Source: Cupriavidus necator
GTDB lineage: Bacteria; Pseudomonadota; Gammaproteobacteria; Burkholderiales; Burkholderiaceae
Length of the DNA stretch: 32,000 nt
NCBI RefSeq assembly: GCF_016127575.1
Contig: NZ_CP066019.1
Span: 2,880,001 to 2,912,000 of the forward strand
Direction of reading: 5' to 3'
The stretch's first letter is position 1; the number at the start of each line of letters is the position of its first letter. A model generated the notes under the pieces. It searched no databases. It saw only the letters and a program-made list of their open reading frames with translations, and was not told the origin of the DNA. Below, in pieces: positions 9,032 through 17,279 of this stretch. The position numbers and the translations under genes are program-made.

Positions 9032-9958
9032 TCAGTCGCGCGGCAGCGGTGCGCCGAGGCCGGCGGCACCCTGGCGCCCGGCGGCTCGCGGGCCGCGCAG
9101 CAGCTGCCACAGGCAAGTCGCCGTGTCATAGAAGGTGCCGGCGCCGCGCAGACCCGCTGCGCGCAGATGGTGCGCAAGGTCGTGCGGCAGGGCCAACAGC
9201 AGGAACACTGCCGTCTTCAGTGGGTGCTGCGGGCCATGGTCATAGCGCCGGCAGGCCACATACAGTCGTGAGGCGTCGCTGGCGGAGCATGGCCGGTCGG
9301 CCGACACCGACGGCAAGCGCTGGTTGACTGCGCTCGGGACCATCTCGATGCGGTAGCCGAATTCCTGCACCGCGCGTCCGGCCAGTTCCAGGTCGTCGTA
9401 GCCGACGGCAAGGTGCTCGTCGAACGACAGGTTCTCGAACAGCTCGCGCGGGAACACCGCGCTGTGCAACAGCACCGAGCACAGGCGCTCGCCGCGGCGG
9501 TAGTCCAGCGTCGGGTGGCCCAGGAACGCCGGCTTGCGCGGAACGCCGCGCCGCCCCTGGCAGACCTCGGTCCCGGTCAGGATGAGCGGCGTCGCGCAGC
9601 CGGCCGTGGCCCGCCGGAGATGGTCGTCGGCAACGGACTCGGTCATCTGCTGCAGGAAGGTTGCGCCCAGCAGCGTCTGGTCATCCAGGAACAGTACGTG
9701 CGAGCCGGTGGCCGCGCGCAGGGCGCGGTTGCGGTTGGCGGCCCTGGAGCGGCGCGGGCCTTCCAGATAGGTGATGTCCGGATAGTCCCGGCGCATCATC
9801 TCGCGCGTGTCGTAGCCGCTGCTGTCATCCGTGACGATGAGCTGGTGCGCCGGCATGGTGGAATCAGCGACCGATTGCAGCGTGTGCCGCAGCTGCTCGG
9901 GATGGTCGCACGTGTAGATGCACACCGAAACGGTGGGCAGGAACGAGCTTGCCGGCAT
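9032..9958 (-). CDS. Family 2 glycosyltransferase
   Basis: Start set at ATG 9956..9958 (MPASSFLPTVSVCIYTCDHPEQLRHTLQSV...), which has GGAGGGG 7 nt upstream. It shows the GT2 N-terminal fold signature (VSVCIYT..., LIVTDDSS, LFLDDQT). Confidence 0.85.
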   Translation of the reverse strand: MPASSFLPTVSVCIYTCDHPEQLRHTLQSVADSTMPAHQLIVTDDSSGYDTREMMRRDYPDITYLEGPRRSRAANRNRALRAATGSHVLFLDDQTLLGATFLQQMTESVADDHLRRATAGCATPLILTGTEVCQGRRGVPRKPAFLGHPTLDYRRGERLCSVLLHSAVFPRELFENLSFDEHLAVGYDDLELAGRAVQEFGYRIEMVPSAVNQRLPSVSADRPCSASDASRLYVACRRYDHGPQHPLKTAVFLLLALPHDLAHHLRAAGLRGAGTFYDTATCLWQLLRGPRAAGRQGAAGLGAPLPRD

Positions 9959-10036
9959 GGTGACCCCTCCAATGTTCGGCAGATGGCAGACACCTGCGCC
10001 GGCCCGTCTGGTGCGGGCGCGGCGCAAGGTCCTGAA

Positions 10037-10993
10037 CTACAGCACCGGGCTGGCGGCCTGGAGCGCGGCTTCGCCGGTGCGGGACGCAACCACAGGGCGC
10101 GCGGTGCTGCCGCGCGTGAAGCGTTCATCGCCGCTGACCCACTCGAGCGTCGCGCCACGTTGCAGGGCGGCATAGACGGCCTCGCCCTTGTTGCGTACCT
10201 TCAGGCGCTGGTACAGCGTGCAGGCGTGACTCTTGACAGTTGCCACCGAGATATTGAGCATGCGGCTGACGGTCTTGATCGGGTAGCCGCGTGCCAGCAG
10301 CACCAGCACCTCGTACTGGCGCGGCGTGATCTTCAGCATTTCGGCTTCGTCGTAGCTGGGCTCTTCCTCGACCAGCGGGGCTGCATTGGTGGCAGCCGGG
10401 GCCGACAGCGGCTGCCCCGGCCGGAGGCCGGTGAGGTCGCGCACCGCCACGGTGGTGCGTGCGGCACCGGGCGTGCCGGCGCATGCCACCAGCGACAGTT
10501 GCTCGCCTGTGAGCGCGTGCGCAGGGTTCAGCGGAAGCGGCGCGGCCGAGGCCAGCGACTGCACGGCCGGCATGGCCGAACGCGACGCCGACGGCATCGA
10601 GCCGGTTTCGGCCGAGAACAGCAGCCCCTGCACGCCTGACACCGCCAGCCGGATGGCCGCCTCGATCACCGCCAGCGAAGCGGATTTCGGCAGGCAGCCG
10701 CAGACGCCGCGGGCGCTGTCCGCGTTGGGCACATGCAATGGCAAGATGTCTGCCAGGATCAGGATGCGTTGCGGCGACAGTGCTTCGCGGGCCTGTTCGA
10801 GCTGCGGCCAGCCAGACCCCACATCGGCGGGCATGCCGAATACGAGCAGGTCTGCGTTGTGGTGCCGGGTGTCCAGCCTGGCGATGTCCGCGGGCGCAAT
10901 GGCGGCAACCTGGGCAGACTCCTGGATGTTCTCGAGCATCTGCAACAGCCCGAGCCGGAGCAGTGGATGCTCCTCGATCAGCAACGCGTTCAT
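10037..10993 (-). CDS. Atypical LuxR/NarL-family response regulator (pseudo-receiver + long linker + HTH)
   Basis: Start at ATG 10991..10993 with GGGGAG 8 nt upstream. The track ORF begins at a GTG three codons earlier. The N-terminal receiver-like domain is followed by an Ala/Pro/Ser-rich linker of about 100 aa. The LuxR HTH is LTPRQYEVLVLLARGYPIKTVSRMLNISVATVKSHACTLYQRLKV. Confidence 0.85.
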   Translation of the reverse strand: MNALLIEEHPLLRLGLLQMLENIQESAQVAAIAPADIARLDTRHHNADLLVFGMPADVGSGWPQLEQAREALSPQRILILADILPLHVPNADSARGVCGCLPKSASLAVIEAAIRLAVSGVQGLLFSAETGSMPSASRSAMPAVQSLASAAPLPLNPAHALTGEQLSLVACAGTPGAARTTVAVRDLTGLRPGQPLSAPAATNAAPLVEEEPSYDEAEMLKITPRQYEVLVLLARGYPIKTVSRMLNISVATVKSHACTLYQRLKVRNKGEAVYAALQRGATLEWVSGDERFTRGSTARPVVASRTGEAALQAASPVL

Positions 10994-11530
10994 TGACTTC
11001 ACTCCCCGTTACTCGGGGGCGGAATGCGGGGCGCTTTGCGTATGGAGGGCATTGCAGGACAGCAGTCACCTGCGGCGACTGGCTGCTTGTCTGACCCCCA
11101 TGCTTCCATGCTCCGGCAGTCCCGTTTTTCTGGATGGAACTTGTCGGTGGCTGGAAGGTTGACCCGAACCCGAACCCGAAAGATTCTCGCTCCTAAATCG
11201 GCTTAAATTCATCTTATGGGCTGGTTGAATGGAATGCAAGCGAGCCGGTCTGGTACGAGTGTGGGTGGGAATGAAAGGACATACATAATCCTTTCAAAAA
11301 TCATCCGAACGCACCGGTCCAGGTTCCGCAAACGCCGCGCTGATGCGGGGTCCAGGAGGTTTCACGGATGTGACATCGGGATTTAATTTGGTTGCAGCAT
11401 TGAAACAGATAGCATTATCTGTACCCCCTGAAAGTAGTATTCTTAACCCCATCGTGGGGTATCGGTAATATATCTGCGGCGGATTGCTCCAATCATGAAA
11501 CGCCGCTTTCATATGTGTTTTCGAAATAGG

Positions 11531-11551
11531 CCTGCCTGATTTTCAGGCAGG
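11531..11551 (-). terminator. Candidate hairpin terminator downstream of the WxxGxW-repeat gene
   Basis: CCTGCCTG-ATTTT-CAGGCAGG, a perfect 8-bp stem. On the minus strand it is followed by CCTATTTCGAAAACA, which is only a weak U-tract. Confidence 0.35.
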
Positions 11552-11710
11552 TCGGGCGCATGGCCTAGTGCTTCTGGATGAGAGACGTCTCCCACCTCGG
11601 GATGAGCGCTGCGGCGCCGGCTGCACCGACCTGCGCCGGACTTGCCACCGCCTGCCGGGAGGACAGGGTGGCGGGCCCGGGGCCGGCCGGCAGGTTCGTC
11701 CGCGCAGGCG

Positions 11711-12028
11711 TCAGCGGGCCCAGTGGCCGGGATGCATGACCCAGCCGTGCGGACCGCGCACCCAGCGCTCGGGCACATAACGGTAGCCTGGACGCTGCGC
11801 CTTCCAGTAGCCGGCGCGCCAGTCGTAGCGCCCGCCGGTGGCGGTCCAGTGGCCCGGCACCCAGACCTGGCCGCGGCGCGCGGCGGGGTGCGGTTCATAG
11901 CGCGGCGGCGGGGGCGGACGGTCATAGCCGTGGGCGACCGCCACCGGATGAGCCTCGGCGGGGGCGGTCAGTCCGAAGGTGCCGCCCGTGGCGAGGACGG
12001 CTGCGGCAATCAGGAGCTGGCGTTTCAT
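11711..12028 (-). CDS. Small secreted YxWGxW/WxxGxW-repeat protein
   Basis: 105 aa with AAGGAGA 6 nt upstream of the ATG. The signal peptide is MKRQLLIAAAVLATGGTFGLTAPAEA. Repeated motifs are VPGHWTATGGRYDWRAGYW and VPERWVRGPHGWVMHPGHW, plus a PPPPPRYEP tract. Confidence 0.75.
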   Translation of the reverse strand: MKRQLLIAAAVLATGGTFGLTAPAEAHPVAVAHGYDRPPPPPRYEPHPAARRGQVWVPGHWTATGGRYDWRAGYWKAQRPGYRYVPERWVRGPHGWVMHPGHWAR

Positions 12029-12077
12029 GTGGATTCTCCTTGGGGCGGTTGGAAGCGGTTCGAAGCCGCTGGCTCGG

Positions 12078-12200
12078 TCAATAGCGGTCGTAGTGGTGGT
12101 GGCGCGGCGGCGGGCCGCCGCGCGGTGGCACTACGATGCAGGCGGACAGCAGTGCGGCCGTGGTGGACAGCAGCACCAGCAGCGAGAGGGCGCGTTTCAT
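12078..12200 (-). CDS. 40-aa candidate lipoprotein, Pro/His-rich
   Basis: The internal ATG at 12198..12200 has AGGAG 5 nt upstream. The protein reads MKRALSLLVLLSTTAALLSAC|IVVPPRGGPPPRHHHYDRY, with a lipobox-like LSAC. Like the neighbouring gene product it has a PPP(P)R tract and a YDR tripeptide. Confidence 0.5.
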   Translation of the reverse strand: MKRALSLLVLLSTTAALLSACIVVPPRGGPPPRHHHYDRY

Positions 12201-12687
12201 ATGGGCTCCTGGCGGGTTCGCGTTGGACATGGCTTCAATGTAGCGAGCCAGCCCCGCTGCGCGTGCTTGCACTTGTAAGGCTGTCTCACAAGGGGTTTTG
12301 CAGCGGGCGCAGCCCCGCACCGGGCGCGCGGCATCCCGGAAGCCCTTGCGTATCAAGGCGTTGCGCGCATGGCGGCAGGTCCATGGCGTGGCCTGCGCGT
12401 GCCGGGTTGGAGGTAATGTGACGTTACACGGGAAATGATTCTCGCAAGGCAACGGATCCCGGAGCAGGCGCCGCACCCTTTGTGGGCGGCCTGGCCGGGC
12501 ACGCAGAAACGGGTACGCTGCAACGGTGCGCGATGCCTCGGCATGGCCCGGTTGGGGGCGCACTGGTGGCGTCGCGGCGCCATCACGGTGCGTTCAGTCG
12601 CGCAAATCGGTGGGGCGGAAATGGCATGAAGCTTGCGCCATGGGCTATACCAGTCGGAAGTGGCCTCGTGTGCTTGAAGGAGGCGTC

Positions 12688-12825
12688 ATGCCGGTCATGC
12701 TCATCGTGCTTGCCCTGCAATGGCTGCAGGGGCTGTCGCCGCCCGCCGCGGCGTTGTTCGCGCTGCCGCAGGAGATGGCGCCCGCGGATGCCGCGGCCAT
12801 CGTCGAACCCGCGCTGACACGCTGA
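12688..12825 (+). CDS. Candidate 45-aa small hydrophobic protein upstream of cynS
   Basis: AAGGAGG lies 5 nt upstream of ATG 12688. The protein reads MPVMLIVLALQWLQGLSPPAAALFALPQEMAPADAAAIVEPALTR. The third codon position is almost entirely G/C, as in genuine genes of this genome. No family was recognised. Confidence 0.3.
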   Translation: MPVMLIVLALQWLQGLSPPAAALFALPQEMAPADAAAIVEPALTR

Positions 12826-12913
12826 CATGGGCTGACGCCGGGGTGGTATGACTACCCTGCCGCCGTGGCAGTCCGAGTGGTTCCATCCAACCTACCACTG
12901 TCATGGAGTCAGC

Positions 12914-13357
12914 ATGAACCGCAGCGACGTCACCGACCTCATCATCGAAGCCAAGGTCACCCGCGGCATTGCCTGGGCGCAGGTGGCCGAACGCGTCGGC
13001 CGCAGCAAGGAATGGACAACCGCGGCGTGCCTGGGCCAGATGGCATTCGACGCCGCCGGCGCGCGCGCGGTGATGGAGCTGTTCGGGCTGCCGCCCGAGG
13101 CCGAGCCCTGGCTGCGCGAGGTGCCGTACAAGGGCTCGCTGCCGACGCAGGTGCCGGCCGATCCGCTGATCTACCGCTTCTACGAACTCATCAGCGTGTA
13201 CGGCACCACGTTCAAGGCGCTGATCCATGAAGAGTTTGGCGACGGCATCATGAGCGCGATCGACTTCCGCATGGACCTGCAGCGCGAGCCCGATCCCAAT
13301 GGGGACCGGGTGCGCATCGAGATGTCGGGCAAGTTCCTGCCCTACAAGACTTACTGA
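12914..13357 (+). CDS. cynS: Cyanase (cyanate hydratase)
   Basis: 147 aa from ATG 12914, with GGAG 6 nt upstream. MNRSDVTDLIIEAKVTRGIAWAQVAERVGRSKEWTTAACLGQ...DPLIYRFYELISVYGTTFKALIHEEFGDGIMSAIDF...GKFLPYKTY matches CynS along its whole length. Confidence 0.95.
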   Translation: MNRSDVTDLIIEAKVTRGIAWAQVAERVGRSKEWTTAACLGQMAFDAAGARAVMELFGLPPEAEPWLREVPYKGSLPTQVPADPLIYRFYELISVYGTTFKALIHEEFGDGIMSAIDFRMDLQREPDPNGDRVRIEMSGKFLPYKTY

Positions 13358-14583
13358 TGGGCGACCGCGCGCACGGGCGGCAGCGCAAGCGACACGCCAT
13401 AGCGCGCCGGATCCAGGCGCATGGTCAGCACGCCCACCAGCGCGGCGCAGGCCAGGTGGTACCACCAGCCGGCGGCGAAGCCGCCGGTGCGTTCGTGCAG
13501 CATGGCGGTGATCCAGGGCGCCAGCGACGCCAGCAGGAAGCCGCCGCCTTGCATCAGGGCGCTCAGCGCGCCGGCGCTGTCGGGGTCCGGCAGGTGGTCC
13601 AGTGCCACCACCAGGTATAAGGCAAAGCAGCCACCGAGGCCGGCGCCGCCGATCACGGCCCACGCGTGCGGCGCGGCGTCGGGCCACAGCGCCAGTCCAC
13701 CGAAGCCCGCCACCTGCATGGCTAGTGCCAGCGCCATCCAGGCGCGGCGGTCCAGGCTGCGCGCGGCCAGCACCGGCAGCAGCAGCGCCGCGGCGGCCTG
13801 CGCCACCGCCATCAGCGCCACCAGCGACCCGCTCGCCGAAGCGCTCCAGCCGTGGTCCTGGTAGAACGGTGCGAGCCACGCCACCAGCGACGCATAGCCG
13901 CCGTTCATCACGCCAAAGCAGGCCATCAGCAGCCAGGTGCGCGGACGCCGCAACAGCGTGCGCGTTGCCCTCGCCGGGCGGCTTGCCGGCACCGCGGGGC
14001 CGCGCGCCGCGGTGCGCGGCAATGCCACCCAGGCCAGCGCCAATGCTGCCAGCGCAGGCACGGCCCACAGCGCCAGCGCATCGCGCCAGCTGCCGGCCAA
14101 TGCCGTCACGTAGGGCGACAGCTGCGCGCCGAGCGCACCGCCGCCCATCAGCGCGGCGGAGTACAGCCCCATCACCGGCGCCACGCGCCCCGGGAATTCC
14201 TGCTTGACCAGGCCCGGGCAGGCGGCCTGCACCACGGCCACGCCCAGCCCGCACAGCGCGGCCGAGGCGATCAGCCAGGTGCCGTCCGCCACGCCCAGCC
14301 GCAGCGCGCAGCCGGCACCGAGCAAGGCCAGCGCGCCCAGCACCGCGGTGCGCGCACCCAGCCGCTCGCGGATGGCCGGCCCGAAGAACGCGCCCGCGCC
14401 CATCAGCAGCATCGGCAGCAAGGTCAGCCAGGCCATGCCCTGGTAGCTCAGGCCGGTGCCACTGCGGATGGCCGGGGCCAGCGGCCCCACCGCGGTCAGG
14501 AACGGCCGCAGGTTCAGGCCGATGCCCGCGACCGCGGCCAGCACCAGCCAGCGCGGGGTGGTGCCGCGCGCGCCCTCAGCCAC
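13351..14583 (-). CDS. cynX: MFS transporter, CynX/NimT (cyanate transporter) family
   Basis: 410 aa with about 12 TM helices. The N-terminus LNLRPFLTAVGPLAPAIRSGTGLSYQGMAWLTLLPMLLMG is typical of CynX-like MFS proteins. The GTG start at 14583 overlaps the stop of the upstream deaminase gene (GTGGCTGA). The 3' end overlaps the cynS stop convergently by 7 nt. Confidence 0.8.
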   Translation of the reverse strand: MAEGARGTTPRWLVLAAVAGIGLNLRPFLTAVGPLAPAIRSGTGLSYQGMAWLTLLPMLLMGAGAFFGPAIRERLGARTAVLGALALLGAGCALRLGVADGTWLIASAALCGLGVAVVQAACPGLVKQEFPGRVAPVMGLYSAALMGGGALGAQLSPYVTALAGSWRDALALWAVPALAALALAWVALPRTAARGPAVPASRPARATRTLLRRPRTWLLMACFGVMNGGYASLVAWLAPFYQDHGWSASASGSLVALMAVAQAAAALLLPVLAARSLDRRAWMALALAMQVAGFGGLALWPDAAPHAWAVIGGAGLGGCFALYLVVALDHLPDPDSAGALSALMQGGGFLLASLAPWITAMLHERTGGFAAGWWYHLACAALVGVLTMRLDPARYGVSLALPPVRAVAHQ

Positions 14584-15034
14584 GGGGCGCGCGCGGGCCG
14601 TAGAGCTGCGCCGCAGAGAGGTCGACCGCCACCCGCGTGAGCGGCAGCGGCGGCGGGTTCAGCGACAGGCGCAGTGCCTGGTAGGCGGCCTCGCTCGACA
14701 TGCCGTAGGGCGCGGCATCGTGGTTGTCGAAGGCGTAGTAGACCGCCTGCACGCCGGCCATGGTCATCGCCGCCAGGCACATCGGGCAGGGGTGGCCGCT
14801 GGCATAGACCACGCTGCCGCGCAGGTCGGGGCGGCCCAGCTTGCGCGCGGCGGCGCGCACCGCCTCCATCTCGGCATGGGTGGTGGGGTCGTGGCTGTGG
14901 ACGATGTCGTTGACGCCGGTGGCGACGGCCTCGCCGTCGAGCACCAGCACGGCACCGAAAGGGCGCGCGCCACGGTCACGGTTGGCCGCGGCAAGGCGAA
15001 CCGCCTCGCGCATGAATTCCTGGTGAGTGGTCAT
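14576..15034 (-). CDS. Zinc-dependent nucleoside/nucleotide deaminase (CMP/dCMP-deaminase fold, TadA/guanine deaminase-like)
   Basis: Start at ATG 15032..15034 (MTTHQEFMREAVRLAAAN...). Zinc and catalytic motifs HAEMEAV and PCPMC are present. The upstream part of the track ORF looks non-coding. Confidence 0.85.
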   Translation of the reverse strand: MTTHQEFMREAVRLAAANRDRGARPFGAVLVLDGEAVATGVNDIVHSHDPTTHAEMEAVRAAARKLGRPDLRGSVVYASGHPCPMCLAAMTMAGVQAVYYAFDNHDAAPYGMSSEAAYQALRLSLNPPPLPLTRVAVDLSAAQLYGPRAPRG

Positions 15035-15210
15035 GGTTGGCAAAGAAGTGAGTGCATGCTCGCGAGTCGGGCGGCATGGGTCTTCGTGGGGCTTGCCCGG
15101 CAGTTGTGGGACGCGGGCCGGGGCAGCGTGCAACTGTACGCCGGGGCTTGGTAATTGGGAAATTAAATGATGAAATCGCCGGCAGTGGAGAAACTAATGG
15201 ATAACCGGCC

Positions 15211-16113
15211 ATGCAGGACCCTCGCCTCGATCCCGTACTGCTGCAGAGCTTTGTCGCCGTGGCGGAAAGCGGCAGTTTTACCCGCGCCGCGCAGCGCGTG
15301 CACCTGACTCAGTCAACGGTCAGCCAGCAGGTGCGCCGGCTGGAAGACCAGCTCGGCTGCGTGCTGCTGGACCGCGGCGGCCGCTATGTCACCACCACGC
15401 CCGAGGGCGAGCGCCTGCTGGGCTACGCGCGCCGCCTGCAGCAGCTGATGGCCGAGGCGGTGGGGCAGCTGCGCCAGAGCGCCGGCCAGGGCGAGATCCG
15501 CATCGGCGTGCCCGAGGACTTTGCCGCGCGGCCGCTGACGCCGGTGCTGGCCGGGTTTGCCGATGACTGGCCTGGCATGCGGCTGGAGGTGACCAGTGGC
15601 ATGAGCCATGAGCTGTGGCAGCGCTTCCAGGACCGGGAACTGGACCTGGTGCTGGTCAAGCAGCGGGTCGGGCAGGCGCCGGGGCTGGCCAGCTGGCCCG
15701 AGCCGCTGTGCTGGATCGACAGCCGCAGCCGTCCGGCGGTGGCGCGCGACCCGGTGCCGCTGGTGGCGTTTCCGGTGGGCGGGCTGTACCGCGGCGAGAT
15801 GACGCACGCGCTCGACGCCGGCGGACGGCGCTGGCGTGTGGCCTTTGTCAGTGCCAGCCTGGCCAGCATCCTGGCCGCGGTGGCCGACGGCCTGGGCGTC
15901 ACCCTGCTGCCGCGGCGCCTGGCCACGGCTCAGCACCAGGTGCTGGAGGACGGCGGCTGGCCCGCCGCGGTGCCCGACGTCGAGCTCAGCCTGCACGCGC
16001 AGCCGGACCTGCCGGCCGCGGCGCGCGACATGGCCGCGCGGCTGGCCGCGCTATGCGAGACCGTGATGGGGTCGGGCGCGCCGCCCGCGGATCAGCCGAA
16101 GAACTCGTTGTAG
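15211..16113 (+). CDS. LysR-family transcriptional regulator
   Basis: 300 aa with the N-terminal wHTH FVAVAESGSFTRAAQRVHLTQSTVSQQVRRLEDQLG and a LysR substrate-binding domain. It is divergent from the deaminase-cynX operon. Confidence 0.9.
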   Translation: MQDPRLDPVLLQSFVAVAESGSFTRAAQRVHLTQSTVSQQVRRLEDQLGCVLLDRGGRYVTTTPEGERLLGYARRLQQLMAEAVGQLRQSAGQGEIRIGVPEDFAARPLTPVLAGFADDWPGMRLEVTSGMSHELWQRFQDRELDLVLVKQRVGQAPGLASWPEPLCWIDSRSRPAVARDPVPLVAFPVGGLYRGEMTHALDAGGRRWRVAFVSASLASILAAVADGLGVTLLPRRLATAQHQVLEDGGWPAAVPDVELSLHAQPDLPAAARDMAARLAALCETVMGSGAPPADQPKNSL

Positions 16114-16280
16114 TAGCGGGTGCAGGTGCCGGCCGGGCGGAAGGTGTATGGCAGCTCGGCCATTGCCGCGGCTTCCAGCGAGCCGAACGGGATGTCGGGC
16201 GCGGCCAGGGGGCCGGCTTCGGGGGCGGACTGATGGTCGGGGCGCGCAAGCTCGGCGCGGGTGTTGGATGGCGAAGTCAT
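16092..16280 (-). CDS. Small hypothetical protein (62 aa)
   Basis: ATG at 16278..16280. The protein reads MTSPSNTRAELARPDHQSAPEAGPLAAPDIPFGSLEAAAMAELPYTFRPAGTCTRYYNEFFG. It has a very strong GC3 bias consistent with real coding. No family was recognised. It overlaps the LysR 3' end by 22 nt. Confidence 0.5.
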   Translation of the reverse strand: MTSPSNTRAELARPDHQSAPEAGPLAAPDIPFGSLEAAAMAELPYTFRPAGTCTRYYNEFFG

Positions 16281-16576
16281 GTCAGGCTCATTCTCAAGGG
16301 TCGGGCACTGCACCCGGCAACTGCGGATCGGCGTTGTCAACGCGTGCAGCCATGCTAATGCTGCAGCGCGGCGCAGTCAGCCACCCCAGCCTGAACACAC
16401 TGTTGCGCAATCGCGCCCAATCGGGGCGACTTGCCCGGCGTTGCGAGCGCCTGGCTGCCGCCGGCGACTTGCGCCAACGCCGTCCGCGGCAGGGTCTATA
16501 TTGGCTGAGGGTTGCCTGCGCCGCTTGCTTTGCGGGCAGCGCGGGCCTGAGTGCCGCTGACCTTCCGGAGCGTGCC

Positions 16577-17272
16577 ATGTCGTTGCCTCCATGCTTTACC
16601 GATCGCCGCGAGGCTGGCCAGTACCTGGGCCGCCGCCTGGCCGAACTGGGTTTTGGCGCCGCACAACTGGGCCAGCCCGCGCTGGTGCTGGCGCTGCCGC
16701 GCGGCGGGGTGCCGGTGGCGTTCGAGGTGGCGCGCGCGCTCGACGCGCAGCTGGACGTGCTGCTGGTGCGCAAGATCGGCGCTGCCGGCTATCCCGAGCT
16801 GGCGCTGGGCGCGGTGGTGGAGGGCGATGCCGGCGGCGGCGGCCCGCACACGGTGGTCAATGACGATCCCTGGGCGCGCCGCGCCGTGGAAAGCGGCAGC
16901 TTCGATGCCGAGCGCGGCCGCCAGCTCGACGAGATCGCGCGGCGCCAGCGGCGCTATCGCGGCGGTGCGCCGGTGCCGGAGCGCGCCGGGCGCACGGTGA
17001 TCGTGGTCGATGACGGCGTGGCCACCGGCGCCACCATGCGCGCCGCGCTTGAAGGCGTGCGCATGGCCGGGGCGGCGCGGGTGGTGGCGGCCACGCCGGT
17101 GGGGTCGGAGCAGGGGCTGGCCAGCCTGTCGGCCGCGGCCGACGAGGTGATCTGCCTGAACACGCCCCCCAGCTTCGGCGCGGTTGGCGCCTTCTACCTG
17201 GATTTCTCCCAGACCAGCGATGAAGAGGCGCTGGCCCTGCTGCGCGCGGCGGCGCCGCCGCCTGCGCGCTGA
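16577..17272 (+). CDS. Phosphoribosyltransferase-family protein
   Basis: Start at ATG 16577 (MSLPPCFTDRREAGQYLGRRLAEL...). Family motifs are LVLALPRGGVPVAFEVARAL and the PRPP loop VIVVDDGVATGATM. The 143 upstream codons of the track ORF are Arg/Ala-rich junk. Confidence 0.85.
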   Translation: MSLPPCFTDRREAGQYLGRRLAELGFGAAQLGQPALVLALPRGGVPVAFEVARALDAQLDVLLVRKIGAAGYPELALGAVVEGDAGGGGPHTVVNDDPWARRAVESGSFDAERGRQLDEIARRQRRYRGGAPVPERAGRTVIVVDDGVATGATMRAALEGVRMAGAARVVAATPVGSEQGLASLSAAADEVICLNTPPSFGAVGAFYLDFSQTSDEEALALLRAAAPPPAR

Positions 17273-17279
17273 GGTTCGC

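Noticed and set aside
9413-10639. 408-aa plus-strand ORF, and the 10125..11069 and 10386..11162 ORFs, over the GT2/LuxR genes
   Set aside because: These are antisense or alternate frames of well-supported minus-strand genes. They have no motifs and an extreme Arg/Ala composition.
12701-14254. 517-aa minus-strand ORF and several plus-strand ORFs (13602..14207, 13852..14640) over the cynS/cynX region
   Set aside because: These are out-of-frame or antisense shadows of cynX and cynS. Their products are Arg/Pro/Ala-rich junk, whereas the cynS and MFS frames show full-length family similarity.
16148-16576. 143-codon N-terminal extension of the phosphoribosyltransferase ORF
   Set aside because: The extension is Arg/Ala/Gly-rich with no domain and overlaps the small minus-strand gene. 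The PRTase fold begins at the ATG at 16577.
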